Of a DNA stretch of 64,000 nt, positions 10,148 to 17,592 are shown in pieces. Numbering within the stretch: position 1 is the stretch's first letter; the number at the start of each line of letters is the position of its first letter. Made by a program: the position numbers and the translations under genes. Source of the DNA: Candidatus Altimarinota bacterium. Its GTDB lineage: Bacteria > Patescibacteriota > Gracilibacteria > CAIRYL01. The stretch lies in contig OZ252287.1 in NCBI GenBank assembly GCA_965250085.1, positions 1,056,001-1,120,000 on the forward strand. The letters run 5' to 3'. The notes beneath the pieces were generated by a model that was given only the letters and a program-made list of their open reading frames with translations, ran no database searches and was not told the origin of the DNA.

Positions 10148-10711
10148 ATTAAGAACACCGTCCTTTGTCGAATATTCTTTTGTGCTCAGAATCGTCATCA
10201 CTCGAAGAGTTCCTGGATCAAGAGGGTCGCTCCATTTTCTCGTGTGAGCATCGCGATAATCAATCTTAAAGCAGTATGTTTCTTCATGCACATGCACGAT
10301 ACCAATACGATGTTCTCTTGAGGGATCATCTTGTAATGTAAAATTGTCAAAATCTGCGACCGCTTGCAGGATATCATAGCAGTGGAGAGCAGCTTTTACT
10401 TGAGGACTGCATTTGAGCTGAGTTCTGGTAGGAATAATGAATATATTTTTTCGGAAAGAATCATTCTTTCGTACTATCTGCTCTCGTTGAGATTTTTCTT
10501 CTGGAACATTTATATCATTCTGGTTTTTTTCAAGTGCATGAGTAAGAACATCACGTATACGCCTGATTTGATCAAGCATGCTCTGTATTTTATGAATGCT
10601 TCCGCCTTCCTTCATTTCTTCAAGAGTGAATTTGAGTACCGTGAGTGGGTCTTTGATCTGACTATCAAGATCGAGTAACATTTTCTGATATGCAGAAGAA
10701 AGAGGATCCAT
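10142..10711 (-). CDS. Protein with C-terminal DUF3768-like domain
   Basis: 'FDNFTLQDDPSREHRIG...FKIDYRD...DPLDPGTLRVMTIL...EY' matches my recollection of the DUF3768 pattern; coiled N-terminal extension. Confidence 0.7.
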   Translation of the reverse strand: MDPLSSAYQKMLLDLDSQIKDPLTVLKFTLEEMKEGGSIHKIQSMLDQIRRIRDVLTHALEKNQNDINVPEEKSQREQIVRKNDSFRKNIFIIPTRTQLKCSPQVKAALHCYDILQAVADFDNFTLQDDPSREHRIGIVHVHEETYCFKIDYRDAHTRKWSDPLDPGTLRVMTILSTKEYSTKDGVLNS

Positions 10712-10976
10712 AAAAATTTCTTATTATTGATTCCCTTAAGGATATCAGAAAAACCCTTGAAAGTAAATATTTTTATAAATAAAAAGAATAAAATGTTTAT
10801 AAAACATTAATATTCACCAATATTCTATTTATTAAATAAATATTAAATTCTACACTTTCTCTCAGTATATTCAGCAATATAGATACTTTTTATCATGAAT
10901 ATTTATATGTATTTGTACTGAAGAAAAATGAATTGATAGTGGGTTATAAATACACATAGCATACAAATAAATTCTT

Positions 10977-11396
10977 ATGCTTCCTTTTTTATTGTCAATG
11001 ATTGATGTCGAGCAAGTTCGGTCCAAAATCGGTCATCTGGTGCAAAAGATGTCGATCTCAAAAACAAAACTCGGAGAAATCCTGGGAGGAAAACCAAAAG
11101 ATGATCCAAGAGTCAAAATTAATAGAGCGAGCAGATTTCTTTCTGGAGCGAAGAAAAATATTTCTCTTCAGGAAGTGAATCGTCTCGCAGAGTTTTTTGA
11201 CCGCCCCGTAGAATGGCTTTTGTTTGATGAATCATATGTACTCTCTTCCCCAAACAAAAAGACATCTCATTCAGAAAAACCCATTGAACAAGTAGCGCAA
11301 AACTTACGAGAAATGGGATTTGATGAAGATTTTATCTCTGCTCAGATGACACAACTCAAAGCAATGAAGGTGTATAATTCTCAGGAAAACAAATGA
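10977..11396 (+). CDS. XRE-family helix-turn-helix regulator
   Basis: 'ISKTKLGEILG...ASRFLSGAKKNISLQEVNRLAEFFDRPVEWLLF'. Stop overlaps the radC-like start (ATGA). Confidence 0.75.
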   Translation: MLPFLLSMIDVEQVRSKIGHLVQKMSISKTKLGEILGGKPKDDPRVKINRASRFLSGAKKNISLQEVNRLAEFFDRPVEWLLFDESYVLSSPNKKTSHSEKPIEQVAQNLREMGFDEDFISAQMTQLKAMKVYNSQENK

Positions 11397-12091
11397 CAAA
11401 ACTCAAATTTGTAAGTCAATTTCGAGAGCTTCCGAACGAGCAGAAGCCTCGAGAGAAGCTTTCTTTATATGGTCCCTCGGCACTTAATCTATGGGAATTA
11501 GTTGCTCTCATTTTACGGACAGGGACACGATCAAAGAATCACACAGAAGATGTAATGCAACTCTCCAGACGAGTCTTGAAAGACTCAGGTTTTAAGGGGC
11601 TTTTTACCCAAAAGGATGTAGCGGATGTTAAAGAAAACTTTGGCGTGTATAAAAGTCACGCAGAGATAGTAGTAGCAATTTCCGAAATCTGCAGGCGACT
11701 TCATGGTAAGTATGATACTTTTGATGCTTCAGAACCAAGTAAAGTCTTCCATCGTTTCAGGTTTCTTCAAAAAGCAAAACAAGAGCAATGTCATGTTCTC
11801 CATTTAAATCATAAGAAACGATGCACATATCAGGAGATCGTAGCGATCGGCTCTCGGGATACCGTCCAGGTGTATCCGACAGATGTTCTTCGCACGCCTA
11901 TCTGGATCGGAACGCAAGAGGTTATTGTAGTACACAATCACCCAGGTGAATCTCAAGCCAGCAAGGAAGATGTTGCTTGGACACTTGCTCTTTCTCAGGG
12001 AGCCTACCAGCTCCATCAGATTAATATTGTAGATCATGTCATCATAGGAGCAGACGGATATTTTTCTTTTTTAGAAAAAGGGCTTCTCTAG
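11393..12091 (+). CDS. radC: RadC-like JAB-domain protein
   Basis: 'KPREKLSLYGPSALNLWELVALILRTG' and JAB motif 'HNHPG..ASKED...IVDHVII'. Confidence 0.9.
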   Translation: MTKLKFVSQFRELPNEQKPREKLSLYGPSALNLWELVALILRTGTRSKNHTEDVMQLSRRVLKDSGFKGLFTQKDVADVKENFGVYKSHAEIVVAISEICRRLHGKYDTFDASEPSKVFHRFRFLQKAKQEQCHVLHLNHKKRCTYQEIVAIGSRDTVQVYPTDVLRTPIWIGTQEVIVVHNHPGESQASKEDVAWTLALSQGAYQLHQINIVDHVIIGADGYFSFLEKGLL

Positions 12092-12125
12092 AAAAAGATC
12101 GAATCCTCAGATATTTTTTATTCAT

Positions 12126-12158
12126 AATTTAAAATTTAGAATTCAATATTCAATTTTT
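12126..12158. repeat. Short 7-bp-period array
   Basis: AATTTAA AATTTAG AATTCAA TATTCAA TTTTT. Confidence 0.45.
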
Positions 12159-12195
12159 TTCTGCTACTCTGGCGGTGATTTTTCCCTTTTGCACT

Positions 12196-13002
12196 ATGAA
12201 TAAGTATTCCTTTTTTGTGCCCCTGATTTTGATTTCTGGTTTGATATTTTCAGCATGTGGACGTGTTGACCCGCCAGAAGTAACCGACGACGAAAACACT
12301 ATTCTTCTCACAGAAGAAGCAAAAACCCCAGAAGAAACTGAAAACGATGTCATATCTGAAACAGAAGAAGAATCGACAGAAGATGCTGAAGATACCAGAA
12401 GCCTGACTTTGATCGAATGCGAAGAAGAAAAAGACACTCTTTCTGAAGCACTTGAAGTCAACACAGAAGCACTCAGAGGATGCGAGGGAGAGAAGAAGAC
12501 TTTTTCAGAAAGACTTCTCACTCTTACTGAAACCAATACGCAAGACGGTAGATATAAGCGATTTTTGGAGTTTTATCTGGAGAATAACACACCAAATGAA
12601 TACCCCTTCCCGAAATGTGGAGCTGTTGCCAGCTTTACTTCTGAATCCTGGTATTCAGCGTTTGAAACGGCACTCACAAATGCTGCAATCCCGTTTGGAA
12701 GAAGCACTGTGTCATCTAAGGATCTTACTGGCGGATGTGCATCTTCTGAAGGTCGAATTGCATTTTTTTTAGGAGCAGAAAACGAGGTACTCTCTGAATT
12801 TCATTTGATTCGATATAACCTCGATACAGATACTCTTGAAGAAGCACTGCTTGTTGATGGAAGCTGTGAAACATGCCCCAACCAGCTTGGAAAACGATTT
12901 GGACCAGTGCTTGTTTTGAGCGGTCAAGATGGAGCAAGTACTGTCGAATATGAATATTATTACGATGATAATATACTCAAGCAAAAAGAAAACGCTTTAT
13001 AG
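12196..13002 (+). CDS. Lipoprotein with acidic linker and Cys-containing domain
   Basis: Signal peptide MNKYSFF...LIFSA-C (lipobox), Glu/Thr-rich linker, several cysteines. Confidence 0.75.
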   Translation: MNKYSFFVPLILISGLIFSACGRVDPPEVTDDENTILLTEEAKTPEETENDVISETEEESTEDAEDTRSLTLIECEEEKDTLSEALEVNTEALRGCEGEKKTFSERLLTLTETNTQDGRYKRFLEFYLENNTPNEYPFPKCGAVASFTSESWYSAFETALTNAAIPFGRSTVSSKDLTGGCASSEGRIAFFLGAENEVLSEFHLIRYNLDTDTLEEALLVDGSCETCPNQLGKRFGPVLVLSGQDGASTVEYEYYYDDNILKQKENAL

Positions 13003-13029
13003 TACTCATATTCTTGACACACAGACCGT

Positions 13030-13263
13030 ATGAATATCTTCTGGGGAATAGTAGGAATCATTCTTTCGTATCTCCTCATTCGATATCGAGGAAGAGTGTA
13101 TCAATTTACGGGGTCTTGGGGACTGGCTGAACGATTTTTGGGAAGGGGCGGAACAGCTACCGCAATTGTTCTTTTGGGCATTTTTATTTTCTTAACCTCT
13201 GTGACTCTCATGACAGGAAAGATGGACAGGATTCTTGGAGGGACCATAGGGCGGATATTTTAA
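13030..13263 (+). CDS. Small two-TM membrane protein
   Basis: 77 aa, two hydrophobic segments around 'FTGSWGLAERFLGRGGT'. Confidence 0.65.
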   Translation: MNIFWGIVGIILSYLLIRYRGRVYQFTGSWGLAERFLGRGGTATAIVLLGIFIFLTSVTLMTGKMDRILGGTIGRIF

Positions 13264-13265
13264 GG

Positions 13266-13377
13266 AATTTTGTAATTTTTAATTCTTAATTTTTAAAAGA
13301 AATTACAAAGTCCAATGTTTAAAAATTGGAATTTAAAAATTATTTATAAAATTACAAAATTTAAAATTATAAAATTT
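13266..13377. repeat. 7-bp-period AT-rich element with inverted arms
   Basis: Left arm TAATTTT/TAATTCT units and right arm AAAATT(A/T) units; fills the gap before dgt. Confidence 0.6.
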
Positions 13378-13384
13378 ACCCCAT

Positions 13385-14518
13385 ATGACATTTCTTTTCT
13401 CTCGTGATCAGCTCGAAGAAAGAGAGCTCAAAATGCTCCCTTCATACGCTCTGTGCAATAGAGAAAGCAAAGGGAGAGATTTTTTAGAGACACCTTCTTC
13501 CTCGCGGCTTGATTTTCAGCGGGATCGGGATCGGGTGCTCCACTCTAAAGCATTTCGAAGACTCAAAGGCAAGACACAAGTATTTGTTTCTCATCATGGA
13601 GATCATTTTCGCTCCCGGCTGACACATACTCTCGAAGTTGCTCAAATTGCGCGTTCTCTTGCACGCACACTCAAGTGCAATGAAGACCTTGCCGAGACGA
13701 TAGCCCTCGCCCATGATCTTGGGCACACTCCTTTTGGACATTCTGGAGAAGAGGCAATGCGAGACCTGATGCATCGATACGGAGAAATATTTGAACACAA
13801 TGCTCAGAGCAGGCGTATTGTCGAAAAGCTTGAAAAACGATCTTCAGACTATAATGGGCTCAATCTTACATTTGAGAGTCGTGAAGGGCTCTGGAAGCAT
13901 GTTTCTCCACACGATAAGCAACTTCACAAGCTTTCAGAAAACTCTTTTCTCGAAGCACAAATTGTGGATGCAGCAGATCAAATTGCCTATCAAAACCATG
14001 ATATCGATGATGGACTCAGAAGCGGTATTATCTCACTGGAAGAAATGGAAAAACTGGAAATCTGGAAACAAGCATCTGAAGGAGTAAAAAATAATTCTCC
14101 AGAAGAAATTAGAGTTTTTCGCAGCATTTCCTCACTGATAAACCTCATGGTGACAGACCTAGAAAAAGAAACAGAAAAAAGACTTTCAGAACTTGACCCT
14201 AAATCTCCAGACGACATTCGCAATACCGATCAAAAAGTAGTGGCCTTCTCTCTGGGCATGGAAGAGATGAATCATCACTTGAGGCATTTTCTTTACTCCA
14301 AGCTGTATAGAAGCGAAGAAGTTATGAAACAAAGTACTCATGGACAAGAGACAGTCAAAAAACTCTTTTTTCACCTTATGGATCATCCCGAAGATCTCCC
14401 GAAAAATCACAGGGCACATATTGATGCAGGAGAAAAACCAGAGGTAGTAGTGAAGGATTTTATTGCCGGTATGACGGACTCTTTTGCACTCGAAATGGTG
14501 GAATCAATTGGCAATTAA
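13385..14518 (+). CDS. dgt: Deoxyguanosinetriphosphate triphosphohydrolase (HD family)
   Basis: 'FQRDRDRVLHSKAFRRLKGKTQVF', 'RLTHTLEV', 'AHDLGHTPFGHSGE', 'DFIAGMTD'. Confidence 0.95.
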   Translation: MTFLFSRDQLEERELKMLPSYALCNRESKGRDFLETPSSSRLDFQRDRDRVLHSKAFRRLKGKTQVFVSHHGDHFRSRLTHTLEVAQIARSLARTLKCNEDLAETIALAHDLGHTPFGHSGEEAMRDLMHRYGEIFEHNAQSRRIVEKLEKRSSDYNGLNLTFESREGLWKHVSPHDKQLHKLSENSFLEAQIVDAADQIAYQNHDIDDGLRSGIISLEEMEKLEIWKQASEGVKNNSPEEIRVFRSISSLINLMVTDLEKETEKRLSELDPKSPDDIRNTDQKVVAFSLGMEEMNHHLRHFLYSKLYRSEEVMKQSTHGQETVKKLFFHLMDHPEDLPKNHRAHIDAGEKPEVVVKDFIAGMTDSFALEMVESIGN

Positions 14519-14567
14519 CAATGTACAATGAGCAATTTTCAATTAACAATGCACAATGTTCAATTAT
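14505..14567 (+). repeat. Tandem heptamer array (CAATNNN)x9
   Basis: CAATTGG CAATTAA CAATGTA CAATGAG CAATTTT CAATTAA CAATGCA CAATGTT CAATTAT; the second unit contains the dgt stop codon. Confidence 0.85.
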
Positions 14568-14571
14568 TTTT

Positions 14572-15281
14572 GGCTCTTGAGTAGAATAATTACTTCAATT
14601 ATTCTCTTAACATGCTTAAACACAGTAAAATATCGAATTATAAGATCAAAAAAATATTGAAGTGTTTTTGTGAAGATCTCAATGCATCAAAAACAGCAAA
14701 TATTCTAGATCTCAATCGGAGAACGGTTGATCGATATTTTAATATTTTTAGAGAAAAGATTGCAAAGTTCTCTTTAGCACAGTCAAAGAGTTTTGGAGAA
14801 TTTGAACTTGATGAAAGTTACTTTGGAGCAAAGAGAATGAGAGGAAAGAGAGGAAGAGGAGCCGCAGGAAAGACTCCTGTCTTTGGAATCCTTCAAAGAG
14901 AAGGAAGGGTATTTGTTTCTATTGTAAAAGATTGCTCCAGAAAAGAGCTCCTACCTATTATTCAAGGAAAAATACTAGAAGGATCAACTATTCATACTGA
15001 TGGATGGAGAGCTTATGATGGACTCATTCTCAATGGATATGATCACTATCGTATTCATCACTCAGAAAATGAATTTGCACGAGGAAAATGTCATGTAAAT
15101 GGTATTGAATCCTTTTGGTCTTTTGCGAAAAGAAGACTCTCTAAGTTTAACGGAATTGCTTCTCACAAGTTTAACTTTCACCTCAAAGAATGTGAGTGGC
15201 GATGGAACTATAAAGATCAAGATATTTTTGTTATAATGTCCAAAATTATCAGAGATTTTTAAAATCTCCTACTCTAGAGCC
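14572..15281 (+). mobile_element. IS1595-family (IS1016-like) insertion sequence, 710 bp, copy 1
   Basis: Imperfect TIRs GGCTCTTGAGTAG / CTACTCTAGAGCC; 8-bp TSD TTATTTTT on both sides. Confidence 0.95.
14612..15262 (+). CDS. IS1595-family DDE transposase
   Basis: 'ELDESYFG', 'RGRGAAGKTPVFG', 'IHTDGW', 'HVNGIESFWS'. Confidence 0.95.
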   Translation: MLKHSKISNYKIKKILKCFCEDLNASKTANILDLNRRTVDRYFNIFREKIAKFSLAQSKSFGEFELDESYFGAKRMRGKRGRGAAGKTPVFGILQREGRVFVSIVKDCSRKELLPIIQGKILEGSTIHTDGWRAYDGLILNGYDHYRIHHSENEFARGKCHVNGIESFWSFAKRRLSKFNGIASHKFNFHLKECEWRWNYKDQDIFVIMSKIIRDF

Positions 15282-15291
15282 TTATTTTTTT

Positions 15292-15328
15292 ATTCCCCTC
15301 TTTTATAAAGAGGGGTCAGGGGAGATTT
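15292..15328 (-). repeat. C/G hairpin repeat, left flank of the DUF559 gene
   Basis: ATTCCCCTCTTTTATAAAGAGGGGTCAGGGGAGATTT, with stem CCCCTCTTT/AAAGAGGGG. Confidence 0.85.
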
Positions 15329-15340
15329 CAAGCTTTCAGA

Positions 15341-16117
15341 ATGCTGAATTACAAAAAACATCTCAAAAAATTCTCTCAGATACTCCGTACACAAATGACA
15401 GAGGAAGAGCGAATATTATGGTTAAAAATACGAAAGAAACAAGTTCTTGGACTTCAGTTTTATCGTCAAAAGCCAATAGGAAAGTTTATTGTTGATTTTT
15501 ACTGTCCTCAAATAAAACTTGTGATTGAAGTGGATGGATCACAGCATTATGAAGAAGAAGGTGAGCAGAAGGATAAAGATCGCGATAGATATCTTCAGTC
15601 CTCAGGACTCCGAGTTCTTCGTTTTTCGAACTATGATATTCGAAGTAGCCTCGAAAATGTTGTCGATCATATTTATAATATTGCAGAGAAACATAAGAAA
15701 AAATCCCCCTCTTATCCCCCTTTTGCAAAGTGGGAGGGAAACACTATGAAATTCACTGGCACCACCATTACCGGCGCAGGCAGAGGAAAGAAACTTGGTT
15801 TTCCTACTCTCAATATCAAACTCTCTTCTGAGGAATATGAAGAAGGGGTTTTTGCGGTACGAGGAGAATTAAACGGAAAAAGCTTCGAAGGCGTAGCTCA
15901 TTTTGGTTCTCGTCCTACGTTTGAAGACACAAATCTTAGTGTAGAGATTCATATCTTTGATTTTGCACAGAACGTGAAAGAGGGGAATGAGATGGAGTTT
16001 GAGACGGTGGGAGAGAGAATTCGAGACGTGAGAAAGTTTGATTTGCAAGAAGAACTTCAAAATCAGATACAAAGAGATATCCAGAAAGCAAAAAAACTCT
16101 TGGGCATCTATAAATAA
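15341..16117 (+). CDS. DUF559 (Vsr-like) endonuclease fused in frame to riboflavin kinase
   Basis: aa 1-~115 'LRTQMTEEERILW...FYRQKPIGKFIVDFYC...IEVDGSQH...DRDRYL...VLRFSN'. From ATG 15746 'GAGRGKKLGFPTLN', 'GSRPTF', 'VEIHIFDF', 'IRDVRKF' (riboflavin kinase domain of RibF). Confidence 0.9.
   Translation: MLNYKKHLKKFSQILRTQMTEEERILWLKIRKKQVLGLQFYRQKPIGKFIVDFYCPQIKLVIEVDGSQHYEEEGEQKDKDRDRYLQSSGLRVLRFSNYDIRSSLENVVDHIYNIAEKHKKKSPSYPPFAKWEGNTMKFTGTTITGAGRGKKLGFPTLNIKLSSEEYEEGVFAVRGELNGKSFEGVAHFGSRPTFEDTNLSVEIHIFDFAQNVKEGNEMEFETVGERIRDVRKFDLQEELQNQIQRDIQKAKKLLGIYK
15701..15740 (+). repeat. C/G hairpin repeat, right flank of the DUF559 domain
   Basis: AAATCCCCCTCTTATCCCCCTTTTGCAAAGTGGGAGGGAA, inverted relative to 15292..15328; encodes KSPSYPPFAKWEG. 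Confidence 0.8.
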
Positions 16118-16123
16118 TAAAAT

Positions 16124-17437
16124 TTATTCAGCAGTTAGTCCTTCTGTAATACCTCGTACTTCAAATTGAGAACACAATTCACCAACACGTGCCTTAATTT
16201 GATCAATATTTTCACCTTGTGCCATTACTATTTGATTCATCATTTGAGCTATCTCTGTCATATGTTCCTCCTGCATCCCCATTGAGGTTACAACTGATGT
16301 ACCGACCCGCAACCCACTTGTTTTGAATGGGCTTCGCTGATCACCAGGCACTGTATTTGCATTTGCAAAAATACCAGCCTCTTCCAGCCAACGCTCTACA
16401 TCTTTTCCGGTAAAGTCTTTTTCTCTCAGATCTGCAAGAATCAAATGAGTATCAGTTCCTCCGCTCACCAGTTTCCAGTCATGGTGCAATAAAGCTTCAG
16501 CGAGTGCTTTTGCATTTGCTTTTACCTGACGTATATATTCCTTAAATTCCGGTTGAAGGGCTTCTCCAAATGCAACAGCTTTTGCTAAAATTGTATTTAC
16601 ATGAGGTCCACCCTGAAGTCCTGGGAAGACTTCGGAGTCAATCATTTGCGCAAGATTCTTCCTCTTCTTTTTACCCGTTACTGGATGATGCTGAGGGTAT
16701 GAATCTTCTTTTTTAGACATTATCATTCCACCACGTGGCCCTCTCATAGTTTTGTGTGTGGTGGTAGATACCACATCTGCGTATTGAACAGGATTTGGAT
16801 GTTCTTTTGCCGCAATAAGCCCCAAAATATGTGCAGGATCTACTACCAAATATGCGCGTATCTTTTGTGCAATTTCAGCAAATGGAGCGTAGTCAATTGC
16901 ACGAGGGTACGCACTTGCTCCCACAAGGATCATTTTTGGATTATGTTCCTTTGCGAGTTTGGCAACACTATCAATATCGATCAAACCGGTATCAATATCT
17001 ACTCCATATGATTTTTGATCATAATCTTTTCCGGAAAAACTGGCTGGATGCCCGTGGGTCAAATGTCCACCATGTTTCAAATCCATTCCAAGAAAAGTAT
17101 CTCCAGGATTCAGTAAAGCTCTATAAACCACATTATTTGATGGAGACCCAGAATTTGGCTGTACATTCACATGTTCTGCTTCAAATAATTGTTTTGCTCT
17201 GTCAATTGCAAGTTGTTCGATTTTATCAATTGTAGTCAATCCGCCATAGTATCTGCGACCAGGATATCCTTCTGCATATCGATTCATTGAAGGAGAAGAC
17301 ATTGCTTCTCTTATGGCATGAGATACAAGATTTTCTGAAGCAGTAAGCCTGATGACACCTACTTGATTTCTTTCTTCCTCTTCATTAAGACGAAAAGCCT
17401 CGGGATCAGCTACTTCCAAATGGGAATATTCACTCAT
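16124..17437 (-). CDS. glyA: Serine hydroxymethyltransferase
   Basis: 'LTASEN', 'YAEGYPGRRYYGG', 'GGHLTHG', PLP lysine in 'TTTHKTMRGPRGG'. Start moved to MSEYSHL at 17437. Confidence 0.97.
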   Translation of the reverse strand: MSEYSHLEVADPEAFRLNEEEERNQVGVIRLTASENLVSHAIREAMSSPSMNRYAEGYPGRRYYGGLTTIDKIEQLAIDRAKQLFEAEHVNVQPNSGSPSNNVVYRALLNPGDTFLGMDLKHGGHLTHGHPASFSGKDYDQKSYGVDIDTGLIDIDSVAKLAKEHNPKMILVGASAYPRAIDYAPFAEIAQKIRAYLVVDPAHILGLIAAKEHPNPVQYADVVSTTTHKTMRGPRGGMIMSKKEDSYPQHHPVTGKKKRKNLAQMIDSEVFPGLQGGPHVNTILAKAVAFGEALQPEFKEYIRQVKANAKALAEALLHHDWKLVSGGTDTHLILADLREKDFTGKDVERWLEEAGIFANANTVPGDQRSPFKTSGLRVGTSVVTSMGMQEEHMTEIAQMMNQIVMAQGENIDQIKARVGELCSQFEVRGITEGLTAE

Positions 17438-17592
17438 GAACAAGAAAGGATAAAACTGTAATAATACAAATGCCTTTTTACACCAACATTTCCTTTTATG
17501 CAATATTGTTTTGTAGTGAATATGTATACATATTGCCTAGAGCTTTCCACTTTTTCCTTCCTCGGTTACAATTTCCACCGATTATTTTATCT

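Noticed and set aside
14505-14567. CRISPR array
   Set aside because: Units are 7 bp with no spacers; no 25-45 bp repeat-spacer array or cas gene was seen anywhere in the window.
17438-17592. N-terminal extensions of valS and glyA from the ORF track (likewise tig at 8792 and tsaE at 54729)
   Set aside because: The extensions overlap divergent genes or promoters and are Phe/Tyr-rich noise; family similarity begins at downstream ATGs.
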